Below, piece by piece: positions 63,728-64,000 of a DNA stretch of 64,000 nt. The stretch covers positions 1,086,536 to 1,150,535 of the forward strand of contig MU053594.1 in NCBI GenBank assembly GCA_013239625.1. Direction: 5' to 3'. The stretch comes from Lama guanicoe. Lineage: Eukaryota. The translations under genes were made by a program, and so were the position numbers. The notes below the pieces were generated by a model. It saw only the letters and a list, made by a program, of their open reading frames with translations, was not told the DNA's origin and ran no database searches. Numbering within the stretch: position 1 is the first letter of the stretch; each line of letters starts with the position of its first letter.

Positions 63728-64000
63728 TGTTATGGACTGAATGTCTGTGTCCTCAAAATTCATATGCTGAAGCCCTAACACCCATCCTCACCGTGTGATA
63801 GCATTTGGAGATGTTGTCTTTGGGAGGTGATTAGGTTCAGACTAGGTCGTGAAGGTGGGAACCCTATGATGGAATTAGCGCCCTTTTCAGAAGAAGACAG
63901 ATTACTCTGTCTCCACACCCATGCATTGAGGACAGGCCGGGTGAGCATACAATGAGAAGGGGGTTTGTCTCCATCTAGGATGCCAGTCTTCCCCAGGAAC
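63728..64000 (+). mobile_element. MaLR LTR (MLT1A-like), runs off the window end
   Basis: tgttatggactgaatgtctgtgtcctcaaaattcatatgctgaagccctaac...gcatttggagatg...tttgggaggtgattagg. Confidence 0.9.

Noticed and set aside
1..64000. Protein-coding genes from the ORF track
   Set aside because: All ORFs are 192 aa or shorter and many overlap on both strands. None resembles a protein I recognise, apart from L1 ORF2 remnants. A small coding exon could still be missed without a homology search.
1..64000. CRISPR arrays, operons, prophage or defence systems
   Set aside because: The sequence is mammalian, with no regularly spaced direct repeats or gene-dense segments.

Overview
This is eutherian mammal genomic DNA, not prokaryotic. 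It is most likely a camelid (camel/alpaca), because five tRNA-Ala-derived SINEs match the camelid Vic-1 type as I recall it and young L1 3' ends of artiodactyl type are present. A 41-base N gap at 13690-13730 indicates a scaffolded assembly. I found no protein-coding gene, RNA gene or CRISPR array that I can support. The ORF track consists of chance ORFs, low-complexity read-throughs and decayed L1 ORF2 fragments. A large share of the window is interspersed repeats: MIR, L2, old and young L1, MaLR/ERVL/ERV1 solo LTRs and hAT MITEs. Family names are recalled from consensus sequences, not from a RepeatMasker run, and most boundaries are approximate. The non-repeat part looks like a regulatory intronic or intergenic landscape. 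It holds a CpG-enriched promoter candidate with three evenly spaced CCAAT boxes (about 51.5-51.9 kb) that may start a + strand non-coding transcript, and several homeodomain/forkhead motif clusters. It also holds a REST/RE1-like site in an L2 fragment and a MER41-like LTR carrying a GAS motif and a perfect DR2 element. I could not identify the locus or host gene. I see no convincing new biological system; the findings are testable regulatory and retrotransposition hypotheses.
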